Of a DNA stretch of 64,000 nucleotides, positions 24,520 through 37,165 are shown in pieces (the first letter of the stretch is position 1; the number at the start of each line of letters is the position of its first letter). The notes beneath the pieces were generated by a model, which searched no databases, was not told the origin of the DNA, and saw nothing but the letters and a program-made list of their open reading frames with translations. This DNA is from Squalus acanthias (Eukaryota): the NCBI GenBank assembly GCA_030390025.1, contig CM059447.1, positions 15,500,001-15,564,000 on the forward strand, in the 5' to 3' direction. The position numbers and the translations under genes are program-made.

Positions 24520-27500
24520 CGAAGGCCATTTTTTGAGTGCCTGCAGGGTACTCAGTCATGGGAGGCTTCACAGGTGAGCATCATCCTTTTATCACTTAAT
24601 GTCCACATATGAGCACTTCCAGTAAGAGTCACTGAGTAGCAATCAGGAGCAAGAACTCTGGCTGATTTTTCTGTTCTCTTGCCCAGGGTGGTGAGACCAG
24701 TAGGAGTCACTGTTCTCTTGCCCAGGGTGGTGAGACCAGTAGGAGTCACTGTTCCCTTTGTCCAGGGTGCTGAGACCAGTAGGAGTCACTGTTCTCTTGT
24801 CCAGGGTGCTGAGACCAGTAGGAGCCCCTGTTCCCTTGCCCAGGGTGCTGAGACCAGTAGGAGTCACTGTTCTCTTGTCCAGGGTGCTGAGACCAGTAGG
24901 AGTCACTGTTCTCTTGCCCAGGGTGGTGAGGCCAGTAGGAGTCACTGTTCTCTTGTCCAGGGTGCTGAGACCAGTAGGAGCCCCTGTTCCCTTGCCCAGG
25001 GTGCTGAGACCAGTAGGAGTCACTGTTCTCTTGTCCAGGGTGCTGAGACCAGTAGGAGTCACTGTTCTCTTGCCCAGGGTGCTGAGACCAGTAGGAGTCA
25101 CTGTTCTCTTGCCCATGGTGCTGAGACCAGTAGGAGTCACTGTTCTCTTGCCCATGGTGCTGAGGCCAGTAGGAGTCACTGTTCTCTTGCCCAGGGTGGT
25201 GGGACCAGTAGGAGTCACTGTTCTCTTGTCCAGGGTGCTGAGACCAGTAGGAGCCCCTGTTCCCTTGCCCAGGGTGCTGAGACCAGTAGGAGTCACTGTT
25301 CTCTTGTCCAGGGTGCTGAGACCAGTAGGAGTCACTGTTCTCTTGCCCAGGGTGCTGAGACCAGTAGGAGTCACTGTTCTCTTGCCCATGGTGCTGAGAC
25401 CAGTAGGAGTCACTGTTCTCTTGTCCAGGGTGCTGAGACCAGTAGGAGTCACTGTTCCCTTTGTCCATGGTGCTGAGACCAGTAGGAGTCACTGTTCTCT
25501 TGTCCAGGGTGCTGAGACCAGTAGGAGTCACTGTTCCCTTTGTCCATGGTGCTGAGACCAGTAGGAGTCACTGTTCTCTTGTCCAGGGTGCTGAGACCAG
25601 TAGGAGTCACTGTTCCCTTTGTCCATGGTGCTGAGACCAGTAGGAGTCACTGTTCTCTTGTCCAGGGTGCTGAGACCAGTAGGAGTCACTGTTCCCTTTG
25701 TCCATGGTGGTGAGATCAGTAGGAGTCACTGTTCTCTTGTCCATGGTGGTGGGACCAGTAGGAGTCACTGTTCTCTTGCCCAGGGTGGTGAGACCAGTAG
25801 GAGTCACTGTTCTCTTGCCCAGGGTGGTGAGACCAGTAGGAGTCACTGTTCTCTTGCCCATGGTAGTGAGACCAGTAGGAGTCACTGTTCTCTTGCCCAT
25901 GGTGGTGAGACCAGTAGGAGTCACTGTTCCCTTTGTCCATGGTGCTGAGACCAGTAGGAGTCACTGTTCCCTTGCCCATGGTGGTGAGACCAGTAGGAGT
26001 CACTGTTCCCTTTGTCCATGGTGGTGAGACCAGTAGGAGTCACTGTTCTCTTGCCCAGGGTGCTGAGACCAGTAGGAGTCACTGTTCCCTTTGTCCATGG
26101 TGCTGAGACCAGTAGGAGTCACTGTTCCCTTGCCCAGGGTGCTGAGACCAGTAGGAGTCACTGTTCTCTTGCCCAGGGTGCTGAGACCAGTAGGAGTCAC
26201 TGTTCTCTTGTCCATGGTGGTGAGACCAGTAGGAGTCACTGTTCTCTTGTCCATGGTGGTGAGACCAGTAGGAGTCACTGTTCCCTTGCCCAGGGTGGTG
26301 AGACCAGTAGGAGTCACTGTTCCCTTTGTCCATGGTGGTGAGACCAGTAGGAGTCACTGTTCTCTTGTCCATGGTGGTGAGACCAGTAGGAGTCACTGTT
26401 CCCTTGCCCAGGGTGGTGAGACCAGTAGGAGTCACTGTTCTCTTGTCCATGGTGGTGAGACCAGTAGGAGTCACTGTTCTCTTGTCCATGGTGGTGAGAC
26501 CAGTAGGAGTCACTGTTCTCTTGTCCATGGTGGTGAGACCAGTAGGATGTCACTGTTCTCTTGCCCAGGGCGGTGAGACCAGTAGGAGTCACTGTTCTCT
26601 TGTCCATGGTGGTGAGACCAGTAGGAGTCACTGTTCCCTTGCCCAGGGTGGTGAGACCAGTAGGATGTCACTGTTCTCTTGCCCAGGGTGGTGAGATCAG
26701 TAGGAGTCACTGTTCTCTTGCCCATGGTGCTGAGACCAGTAGGAGTCACTGTTCCCTTTGTCCATGGTGGTGAGACCAGTAGGAGTCACTGTTCTCTTGT
26801 CCATGGTGGTGAGACCAGTAGGATGTCACTGTTCTCTTGCCCATGGTGCTGAGACCAGTAGGAGTCACTGTTCCCTTTGTCCATGGTGGTGAGACCAGTA
26901 GGAGTCACTGTTCTCTTGCCCAGGGTGGTGAGATCAGTAGGAGTCACTGTTCCCTTTGTCCATGGTGGTGAGACCAGTAGGAGTCACTGTTCTCTTGCCC
27001 AGGGTGCTGAGACCAGTAGGAGTCACTGTTCCCTTTGTCCATGGTGCTGAGACCAGTAGGAGTCACTGTTCTCTTGCCCAGGGTGCTGAGACCAGTAGGA
27101 GTCACTGTTCCCTTTGTCCATGGTGCTGAGACCAGTAGGAGTCACTGTTCTCTTGCCCAGGGTGCTGAGACCAGTAGGAGTCACTGTTCTCTTGCCCAGG
27201 GTGGTGAGACCAGTAGAAGTCACTGTTCCCTTTGTCCATGGTGGTGAGACCAGTAGGAGTCACTGTTCTCTTGCCCAGGGTGCTGAGACCAGTAGGAGTC
27301 ACTGTTCCCTTTGTCCATGGTGCTGAGACCAGTAGGAGCCCCTGTTCCCTTGCCCATGGTGGTGAGACCAGTAGGAGTCACTGTTCTCTTGCCCAGGGTG
27401 GTGAGACCAGTAGGAGTCACTGTTCTCTTGCCCATGGTGCTGAGACCAGTAGGAGTCACTATTCTCTTGCCCATGGTGCTGAGACCAGTTGTAACACCCT

Positions 27501-27525
27501 GTTGCCTTAGTTAACATCAGTTAAA
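24520..27525 (-). mobile_element. SINE family C copy hosting the 39-bp minisatellite
   Basis: Flanks atcaggagcaagaactctggctgattttt and ccagttgtaacacc...catcagttaa are contiguous in the other family C copies. Confidence 0.6.
24670..27488. repeat. 39-bp minisatellite (gagtcactgttctcttgcccagggtgctgagaccagtag), ~72 units with 40-bp variants
   Basis: Directly visible; 13-aa periodicity in the ORF track; no unique spacers. Confidence 0.98.
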
Positions 27526-28239
27526 ATTCACAAAGAAATGTCAAAGTAATACCCGTTTGAAGACACAAGGCTGCGAGAATTGAACATGCCAGAGTCTCTA
27601 TTTTCAACAGATGAGAGAAGTACAGTAATTTTTAAATACCCAAATGGTTTCCTCACTCATACTTATTTATATATTATTCAATAGTAAGAATTTACAAAAA
27701 GGTTTTGGGCTATTATATGAAAAGTTAGAAACATTCACATGTTGCAAACAAAGAGTACCAACAGTGCTCTTTAAATGTTCTCATTTAAATTTGATATGAT
27801 TTAAAGATAAAGGATAAAACAGGCTGGACCAGTGAGACCTGTTGCGTGTAAAGTCATAATTGACAATTCCTTGTTGCTAAGCTGATAATACCACACTAGA
27901 CCATTCTACGTTGCTATGGTAATGGGTAAATAGCCAGGATACCATTGTTCGTAAATTAGGCCATGAAATGATGTTGTGGGATACCTGCGTGGAGACTCTT
28001 TACATATTTGTCTGAAATTCCTCTCTGCACTATTTCGGTACAGGCATTAACTCATTTGAAATACAAGTGTACAGTCACTTTATGCTGTATCTCCTTGCAA
28101 TTCTGCCATTGGAAACAGAATTTGGCAGTAGTGCTGTAAATGAGACAGCTTCTTTGGATGCCCTGAGACCTACCTGAAAGGTGAGCTGCCAGCACCTCTG
28201 TGGCTAGCATTGCTACTGGTAACAAATATTACTACAGGA

Positions 28240-29325
28240 GGAAAAGGCTTTTCTGGCGTGTACTCGCCATCAAAGCCGACTTCAACCGAATACGGCACCA
28301 AGGAGCCTTAGTAAATTTGAGGACTATAGGGGTCAAAGGGAATGCCACACCCCCTCCCTCCCCCAGTGAACGGAGTCATACCTGATGTAAAGACAGATGG
28401 TTGTGATTGTCAGAGGCCAATCATGGCAGTCCCAAGACGTTGTTGCAAGAGTTCTGCAGGGTAGCATCCCAAGCCCAACCATCTTCAGCTACTTCATCAA
28501 TGACCTTCCCTCCATCATAAGGTCCGGAGTGGGACTATTTACTGATAATTCCACATTGTTCAGCTCCATTCAAAACTCCTCTGATAATTAAGCAGCCCGT
28601 GCCAGTCTACAGCAGGACTTGCGACAGCCTCCAGATATGGGCTGGCAACTGGCTAGTAACGTTCACATCGCATAAATGTCAGTCAATGGCCATTTCTAAC
28701 AAGTAAAAGCCCCACCGCCTCCCTCTACTGCCATTGCTGAATTTCTCCCAGGAACGTCTTAGGGGTCACTACTGACCAGAAGCTTAACTCAAGCAGCCTT
28801 TAGCTATAAAAACAGGGTGGTACACTGTAACAAGTGGCTCACTTCCTGATCCCTCGAGGCCTCGCCACCATCTTTACAAGGTTCGAGTCAGGAGTGTTGA
28901 TGGAATACCCACCACTCTCCTGGAAGAATGCAGCTGCAACGACACTCAAAAAGCTCAACACAATCCAGAACATAACAGTTGCTTGATTGGTGCCCCTGCC
29001 ACTGGATTTGATAGCCACCCCGTCCAACACAGGCGCAGTGTGGCTGCAGTACATATGACCTATAGGATGCACTGCAACAACGCACCAAGGTTACTTTCAC
29101 AGCACCTCCTACCCCAGATACCTCTACCATTGAGAAGGCTAAGAATAGAAAGATCCAAGTTTGCCTCCAAGTCACATACCATCCTGACTTGGACATATAT
29201 CGCCATATATCATTGTTGCTGGGTCAAACAATTGGTAAGTCCCTACTTACATTATTATGGGAGCATGATCCCCACTAGGACAGCAGTGGCTCAAGGAGAA
29301 GGCCTACCACCACCTTCTCAGGGCC
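28240..29325 (+). mobile_element. Degenerate CR1-clade LINE (RT region to 3' tail)
   Basis: VLQGSIPSPTIFSYFINDLP...LFTDNSTL (cf. GVPQGS...FADD); VLMEYPPLSW; tail ccaccaccttctcagggc. Confidence 0.85.
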
Positions 29326-29777
29326 TTTCCAGGGTCACACATATCATGTGAATGCATTATTTGAAAAGGTAATCAATCCAGTTTGTTGCTCGCTGGCCTG
29401 TAAGGACTTTCCCTAGGCATTAAGCCAGGTGCAGCAGACAGAAACGAAGTTACAGATTGAATGCGTTGCACTGCAGGGCTGTGTATTCCACCCTGCAATA
29501 TGAACAGAGTGGCTCCCCGAACACTTGGACCCTCATAGCAGCTTCTATACCATTTAATATTCCATTTGATTGGCGTACTGCTGCTTAAAAATGTTATATA
29601 TTTGTTTATAAAACCCTCCTTTAATGTGACCGTATATATGGGTAAAATCATCATCCGATAAGGAACTTGTTGTTGTCGGACTAATCTTTCCCCCACCAAC
29701 TTTTTCCTCTGATTTTCTTCACCTTACTGCTCCTCTCTTGAAAGTAGTAACTTGTGCTGGGCTACAGTTCCCTGGCT

Positions 29778-29871
29778 GGATTTCAAATAAAACTGTTGGA
29801 CTATAACCTGGTGTTGTGCGACCTCTCAATTTTGTCCACCCCAGTCCAACACCGGCATCTCCGCATCATGG
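29778..29871 (+). mobile_element. Penelope-like pseudo-LTR fragment without ribozyme core
   Basis: Near-identical to 46841-46925. Confidence 0.85.
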
Positions 29872-30107
29872 AATATTTCTCACATTTTTATAACAATGGG
29901 AGTTGTGAAAACTGAAAGCACTTGGTGTTTGTGAAATGTTTTGTTAACAATAGTTTTTTTGTTAAGAATTTGTTTCTATATTTAAGAGTACTCTTAAATC
30001 CTCTTAAATATAGAAACTAATTCTTAAAAAAGCTGTTTTTAACAAAACACATTTCACAAGCACCAAGTTTTCACAACTCCCGTTGTTATAAATATATGAC
30101 AAATATT
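29872..30107. repeat. ~236-bp AT-rich imperfect palindrome
   Basis: Arms ttataacaatgggagttgtgaaaact / agttttcacaactcccgttgttataa and tttctatatttaagag / ctcttaaatatagaaa. Confidence 0.9.
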
Positions 30108-30379
30108 TTTCAGCCTTTTCATACCTTCTCCAAATAACCATGAATCCAGACACTCTCGGGTAGCTTTTATGTATTTATGCTCCCAGTATAGAGCTTCGCA
30201 CACTGGCAGGATATATCGGGAATTCAGGCACTGAGGTTAATGGGCCCTGCTGGATTTTTTTTCATCCACCAGAACAGATGGAGAGCCCGTGCAAAGTTCA
30301 CTAACCTTCACACCTGAAGTGATCCCAGTGTGTGAAGCTCCACAAAATTGTAAAACCTACCGTCAAGTGTCAAGCAGAT

Positions 30380-30590
30380 TATTAGACTGGAGAAGCCACC
30401 GAGTCCAAATTCTAACGTATCTCTCACTTTAGCGTCCACAAATGCACATTTGCAGCAGAGGTCATTGCTGGGCCGTGGTCAGGAGCAGGAATGCTGGCTG
30501 ATTTCCCACCCCCTCCATTCCAGCCCAGACATACTCAGCTCCTCCCAGCTGAGACCAGCACAGCCCAGGGATCAAATGCAGGACTTGCTG
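30380..30590 (-). mobile_element. SINE family C fragment
   Basis: tcaggagcaggaatgctggctgattt...gctgagaccagc...gggatcaaa is shared with other copies. Confidence 0.65.
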
Positions 30591-31119
30591 TGAGTGGAGT
30601 GGACTGTATTCTCTTTTCTGTGGGCCGGAAATGTGAACTGATTTCTTTCGGATTATTCCAATCCCTGGGGTAAATTTATAATATATTTGAAGTATTCTTT
30701 TAACTGTTGCTGAAGAATTTTATTTCTCTTTTCATTGGGCTGTCCCACAGTTCTCTCTCCTCGGTAAGATGTTATCACTTTTTTTCCTGTGCGATTAAAA
30801 GAGAAAAATACACCCACACACAGATGATTGTTGTGGTAATGAGTCCATGCAGGCCTCATTAAAAACAAGATTGAAGGAATTAAGTTCAATAAAGAGCCTT
30901 TCAACGAGAAGAAATTAAAATAATACTAAGCCCAGCGCACTGGCACTTTTTCAGACAAACACGAAGAAAGAAAAAAATATTGAATTCTTTAAACAGAAAA
31001 TGAATCTCCTGGTTTCAAAGGATGTGTCAAATCCAAACCTTTTACTTACTCCCTTAAGGGGAGGAGCAATCTTCATTTATAAGAAAGCTTGCCGATTGAG
31101 CGAGGTTGAATTCCACGCT

Positions 31120-31371
31120 GGTAATCTCTTGTTAAACCTATTTGAAATTGTTAGCACCCACTGATTGCAGAATCTAATCCCTCTGAGCCAGGCCCTCCTT
31201 TCATTGGAAGCTGCAAAGCTGATGCCCTCTCGTGATTTGTGAAAGGGATTAGCTAGTGGCCAATGGCAGAGGAAGGTCTGATAGAGGGCTGCTGGGCAGG
31301 GGATGGGATATCTGTAAACAGAAATGTCGAACAAGCTGTTCTGGCTCTGTGTGCGTGACCCCAAGGTTAGG
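31120..31371 (+). promoter_or_regulatory. Candidate K50-homeodomain (CRX/OTX/PITX-type) promoter or enhancer with possible first exon MSNKLFWLCVRDPK
   Basis: CTAATCCC 31174-31181, GGGATTAG 31245-31252, TAATCT 31122, CCAAT 31260, ATG 31324, donor AAG|gttagg at 31366. Confidence 0.4.
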
Positions 31372-31669
31372 GCTTCCATATTTGTGGTCTTCCATTCACA
31401 GGAGGCAGGCAGCACTGCCGTGAGCTGGGAGCTGTCATTTCTGCTCTGATAGAACAGATGCAGTTAACTCCTTCAGCGCTACAGCAGTACTTCTCTGGCA
31501 CTGTGACAGCACACACAACTTTCGGTTTTCCCAGTGTAGTTGAAGAATTTTGCAAATGAAGCATTTATTCTAATGGGTTTTTCTATTTCCCGTGTACAGG
31601 AAATGCTGATGATGATGTCTGGAGCGGTACACAACATTTGCACTTAGGCGTGTCCAGAATTTATTATTG

Positions 31670-31905
31670 CTTTCTCCAATTTTCACCTCCTCGTCTCATG
31701 AAGGAGCTCAGTTCTTTCTCGGATATAGTTCCGCAGGTACCAGAGCCTCACCCGAGCGATCATTTTTCCAAAGTGAGCCTAGACAGGGAGTGTCAGCGAG
31801 CTATTCCACCGCTGGGGTCATCGCAGCTGAGTCCAATCCTGTTGCCCACATGCACACACTGTCCTAGCAGGAGTATTTGGATGGCTATCAGCTGCAGGAT
31901 ACCAG
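31670..31905 (-). mobile_element. SINE family C fragment
   Basis: gtgagcctagacag...gagtgtcagc...catcgcagctgagtccaatcctg...cacatgcacacact. Confidence 0.65.
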
Positions 31906-33277
31906 AGGGGAGCTGGGTGTCTGTGGGGCCCACACTCAAACCGCCTGCTGGGAAGGAAGGCAGAAATGTTTTCTTTTCAAGTATTTTGAAAGATTAACTC
32001 TGCCCCACGTCACAAGAATTTTCATGAAAGCACGCTGGGCCAAAAGGGATTTTTTTTTCAGAATAAACCCCTCCCGCTTGTTATCGGAACTAAGCCTGCC
32101 TGAAACTCCCCTAAAGGATGATGATATCCCTTTAACTAATTGGTACATAGGAAATGAGGATGCTGTAAAAAGAGGTATAGTAGAAGCAAATTCAAGAGCA
32201 TCCTATACTACAGATTGTTAGACAGGGACGTTACTGGAGGAAAATATATTTGGATTTGACTATATATACTTCCTTAAACTTGTTTCTCTGACATTTATGA
32301 GTTATACAGTCTTCGAACGTGTAAAATAAAAGTCAGTGTTTTATGACCTATTCATGAATATCCCCTCAATAAACGGGTTATACACTTTTGCAGACTATCA
32401 TTTTATCAGTATTTTTTCTCGGATTCAAATATAAGTTTGCATTCTATCTTTTAGTGAGGGTCCTACCTTTCTAACGGGCTCCTTATTTATAGCATTAACC
32501 TGAGAGTTGAATATACCTGTTACAAACAGCACAGAGACAACAGGGATGCAGAATAATTAATCGCTAGGTATTCTAGTTTCCCTTCAGTGAGATCCTACCA
32601 CTTCAACTTTGTCGTCAGATCCTGCTGCTTTGCAGCCTCTTTGAGAAACCAACGACTTAGGTCCTCGATTATATGTATAATTTTTAATAAACGATGTTTT
32701 GCTAGCTACAAGAATATTCAGCACTAGTATGCAAGGATATCCAGTTCCCATTTTGAAAGTATTATTAGCCGTAATGCAACACATGGATGGAATCACTGGG
32801 TGTTTCCTGAAACAAAAGCCCAGCTCAGATTTCAGAGAATTCTGACAAAGCAGAATAAAGCCCTGAAATTCCGTTGAGGGTTTTCCCGGACTCCCAGTGG
32901 GAGTTCCCGAGGGTAGGGTGAGAGACCGGGAGAACTCCCGCACAACTTCAGCTCCTAAATTTTTAATTTTGTAAGTGACTTACGCTGGGTTTTATATCGA
33001 AGGAATGACAGCTCAGCAGGTTAAAAAGAGAAAGATTTATGACATTACTATAGCACCAATATTTACCGTTATCAAATCATCAATTTAGCAGCAGGCCTCA
33101 CTGGAGACAGGGTTTATATAGCATCCTGTTTAATTTTTATTCACTCTCACCCTCAGACAATCACCTCACTAGGACTGTCAATCAATTAATGCATTTTGAC
33201 AACAGAGTATATGAATTTGATGATATAATGTAACTCTGTTCCTATCCATCTGTTTATCCCTTCCAATTTTTTCCCCT

Positions 33278-33835
33278 GTGTCAGCTGTGGCTCAGTTGGT
33301 AGCACTCTCGCCTCTGAGTCAGAAGGTTGTGGGCTTTAAGTCCCACTCCAGAAACTTTAGCACAACATCTAGACTGACACCAATGTTCCCTGTCATTTTT
33401 TTTGGCGCGTGCGCGGTTTTTGCTTTGAAAAGTCGGCAAGCCGGCTGCGTGGGATCCCTAGAGTGCTGTGCGGCCGCGCAGCTTAAAGGGTACATTGGCT
33501 GACACTCCAGTGCAGTACTGAGGGAATGCTGCACTGTCGGATGAGATGTTAAACCAAGTCTGTCCTCGCAGGTGTTCTTAAAAGCCCCTGTGACTATTTC
33601 AAAGAAGAGCAGGGGAGTTTTCCCCGGTGTCCTCACCAACATTTATCCCTCAACCAACATCACCAAAACATATTATATCATTATCTCATTGCTGTTTGTG
33701 GGTCCTTGCTTTTCAAATTGGCTGCCGCATTTCCTACATTACAACAGTGACTATAAAAGTACTTCATTGGCTGCAAAGCGCGTTGGCACATCCTGAGGTT
33801 GTGAAAGGCGCTATATAAATGCAGATCTTTCTTTT
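33278..33835 (+). mobile_element. SINE family A with nested hAT-like MITE
   Basis: Head, Deu core and tail are present; interrupted at 33381-33497. Confidence 0.88.
33381..33497. mobile_element. 117-bp hAT-like MITE
   Basis: TIRs caatgttccc / gggtacattg; 8-bp TSD actgacac / gctgacac. Confidence 0.85.
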
Positions 33836-33844
33836 ATTCATTCA

Positions 33845-34195
33845 TTCCCTTAAGCCTGCTCTCTAGCTGATGGCAGATTGTTCTAGGATAGAGTTCGATG
33901 GAGAGCAGCACAATGGCCAAGTTTCTTGTGTGAGCCAGTGTTGGCGTGTGTTGACAGTAGAGCTGAACCTAATCCTGCCTCCACCTGGCATCTTACAGTT
34001 GCCTCTCCATCAGAAGTCAATGGATAGTCACCAGGAGTGGCAATGCTGCCTGGCACTGAGGCCAGTTGTGGTCGCCTTTCTGCTTCCACTGCTTGGCGGA
34101 GATTGTCCAAGTCAACAAAGACCAAGCTGAGGCCTTCCTGGTCTCGATGACTCCGCACCACACCACGTGGTACATTTACGCACTGAGCCATTGGT
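33845..34195 (-). mobile_element. SINE family C, diverged
   Basis: Ends in a tRNA-like head (ccttcctggtc...catttacgcactgagccattgg). Confidence 0.65.
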
Positions 34196-34819
34196 GACCA
34201 TCCTGTGCAGCCATGTCACCTCAGCACGACCTGGGGTGAGCTGTACCGCAGCCAATCTGGATCTTCCGTGATGATCCACTCCTCATCCTAAAGAGAAAAG
34301 AGTCATTACTGAAGCTTGGGTTGATAATTCCGTGGATTCTTTCATATACTGCATGCTGCACCATCTTAGTTTCTGCTCTGTGTCACTCTGTCAGGACCTG
34401 CACAAGCTTTACTGAGGAGGCCCTTAAGTAAACTTATGTAATTATTGCTACTGGGGACTGTCCATCAGCACTGCTGTCACCAGCCTTTTACTGAGAGGGA
34501 GATATTGTGACATTGGACAGATTTATCACTGTCCAGTTATGAACTCTTTCATTGCTGACGCCCCCGGTGTTACGTTTCTCCGTTAATTACATTTGTTTTT
34601 AATAAGCTTCAATGTTTACCTCATTCTCTAAAAATGACCCACTAAAACTGTGCCTTTTGTGGAGTTACGACAGATTATATGAACATTAGCATGGAAAATT
34701 TCTGGCTTGCGAATCATAATTTGGAGAGAATTGCTGAGATATTGAAATGGACAGCCACTGTAAGTCTGTAACAAACAGAAATGTGTTTGAACAATCTCAA
34801 AAATAGGCCTTTTTTTGTT

Positions 34820-35222
34820 GTACCCCAGCTTTTCCATTCCTCTCCTGAAAGTGCTGACACTGCAATGGGGTCCCACTATCACCGACAGCTCTCCAGTATC
34901 TCGTCAAAGTGGCCATTTTTTACGTATGCACCTAGACGGCGAGTGTTGACAGGCTATCTGACCAAGGAAGGTATAACAGCAAAGCCCAATCCTGATCTCA
35001 TCCAAAGTCCACAGACATGTACTTTCCAGGAGGAGTTGCTGGACAGTAATCAGTTGCAGGAAACCTGCCTGAAATTTCCTCTCCTGAACTCAGGGGTGTT
35101 TGGGACAATTACAATGCACCAAATAGTTCCCCAGCTAAGTTTAGCTAACTGAACACAGACCACTGATTGAACCTTGGACCTTTTGGTGTGTACGGTTGGT
35201 GCCTTTACCCACTAGGCAATGG
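34820..35222 (-). mobile_element. SINE family C, diverged
   Basis: aagtggccatt...cctagacggcgagtgttgacaggcta...gattgaaccttggacc...tttacccact. Confidence 0.7.
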
Positions 35223-37140
35223 GGAAGAAGGGGAACAAAGACAAGTATAATTTGTTTTTAATTCCTGAATACTAGGGTGATCCAGTGTGCACCAGAGACG
35301 TTTAGTCGCGGCGGAAAGGTTTCTTTATAAACATTTTATCAAACGATTGTATTATTGTGGGTGCCAATGCCTGCAAGATAATCTTTGGAGAATTGTTTTG
35401 TGTCTGTCGCATACAGGAGTTTTCTGATTGGTTCAGTTGTTGCTACAGTAAAAGCAACCAATCACAGTGGCCTATGCTATAGTCGAGAAGTCCAAATTCT
35501 GCACATTTTCGGAAACAAATATATTAGAATTGAACTTCACTTTGTAGAAAAACAAAGCTGACATTGTGTGGTCTCTTGTGAATATAATGTGGACACCAAC
35601 ATTGACTTATGTGTTTGTCTAATTGGATTCATATGTAACAATTTCTAAATTTTAGGAGGAAAATGCTTCAAGATCAATGTTAAAAGCAGCATAATTAATG
35701 CCACTATTAACATGCTCAATGTAATATTTATTCATCAGTTTATATTACGAAGTTAAAATCAAGGAGATTAATAGGAGTTACTGCCGATGAAAAGTCTGAG
35801 AAGACAGCAACTTTTACTTATTGAATTATGGTATAGGGGATATGGGACAGCATCATTTATTTGGAGTTTAAATTCCTGAACACCTGCTGGTACACAAGCA
35901 TATTGTACAGTATGCGAAAGCAACAGCAATAATAGCACCTGTCAGAATGTGAACAGAATTAGGAGAGTTGTACAGAGAACCGAAAGCCCAGCCTGGACCC
36001 TGCTGTACTTCCTGCAATATCTTTGGTGCACACACAGGAAAAAGATCTAACACAGAAGCTTGATGCTAAAAAAAAAAAATCATTTGGTGAGGTGACAGAT
36101 AAGAAAAGGGAACAGATGCATTTCCCTGAAGCCACTGCACAACCCGCCATTAAACAGCTAATTAACTTTGTTGCCTCGAGCCAGGGTAACAGTGTTGAGA
36201 AACTCTGCACAGCACCAACTTCAGAAGAATCTCTCAGCTCCACCAATGCCGCATTTCCCCTTTTTCTCACTTTTATTGAAACCTGCCAAAAATACAAATA
36301 TCCTAACAAAATAACAATTTAGCCTTTTCAAGCAACTATTTTGACATCTTAAAATAAAAGGTTAAAAAAGTATATATATTACTTCCAGACATTTTTTTGT
36401 TGTTGCCCGTCACCATGTGATTTATAATATGTTTTAATGACAGTCTTTAACTCTCTCCTCTCTGATTAGCCAGCGCTCACTGAAACAGATCTGTCTGGTC
36501 AGTAGCCTTGTGGTAGTGTTTCTGACATGTTCCTCCTTGTACTGCACTATAATTGGAAGGGAGAGAGGTAGATATCATAGTATATTATTAAAAAAATATA
36601 TGTCATCCCAGTATCATTACACAAGAGTACATGTCAAAACCTTGCTCGTAGCAATTCTTGAATCTTAAGATCTGTGCTTTGAGGAGATCACTTTATTCTC
36701 AATGATGACAAGCCACAATGGAACACAGCAACCTCAAAACAGAAGGATGGTGCTTGAACAACAGGAATCGGTCCCAACTTGAGCTGCACGCTCTGAAAAT
36801 TAGAGTGAGGTTGAAACCGTTCTCTAAAGAGGCTATGTTGTCACTGATACTCTTACTACTGACACCAGCACACTTTAGGGGTATCCAACATAGTAGTGGC
36901 CATGGAGGCTGCCATTGTTTGCAGCAAACGCTAATTTTTCATAGTTTCAAAGAGGGGAACTCAACGTATGTTTCTGGCTGTTAAAAAACACTTTTTTTTG
37001 GACAGATGTTGTTGGACTTCATTCCCACCTCCTTGTTGGATGGCCCCCCCACATCTGAATCACTGCTCATCTTGCCAGCCCCCTCTGAAAGATGACATAG
37101 CGCCTTTAAATACATTAAATTAGGATTTTTTTTTCAATAG

Positions 37141-37165
37141 ACCTTGTAGACGATACAGATCAAAG
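37141..37165 (+). CDS. Candidate 25-nt microexon (LVDDTDQ or PCRRYRSK)
   Basis: ttttttttcaatag|ACCTTG...CAAAG|gtaagt; strong splice sites only. Confidence 0.35.

Noticed and set aside
24670-27488. CRISPR-like array, or repeat-protein gene (ORFs up to 269 aa)
   Set aside because: Units are head-to-tail with no unique spacers and no cas genes. The ORFs occur on both strands and are broken by 40-bp frameshifting units.
28119-28180. Plus-strand exon with cag/gtgagc sites
   Set aside because: Stops in all three frames and a weak polypyrimidine tract.
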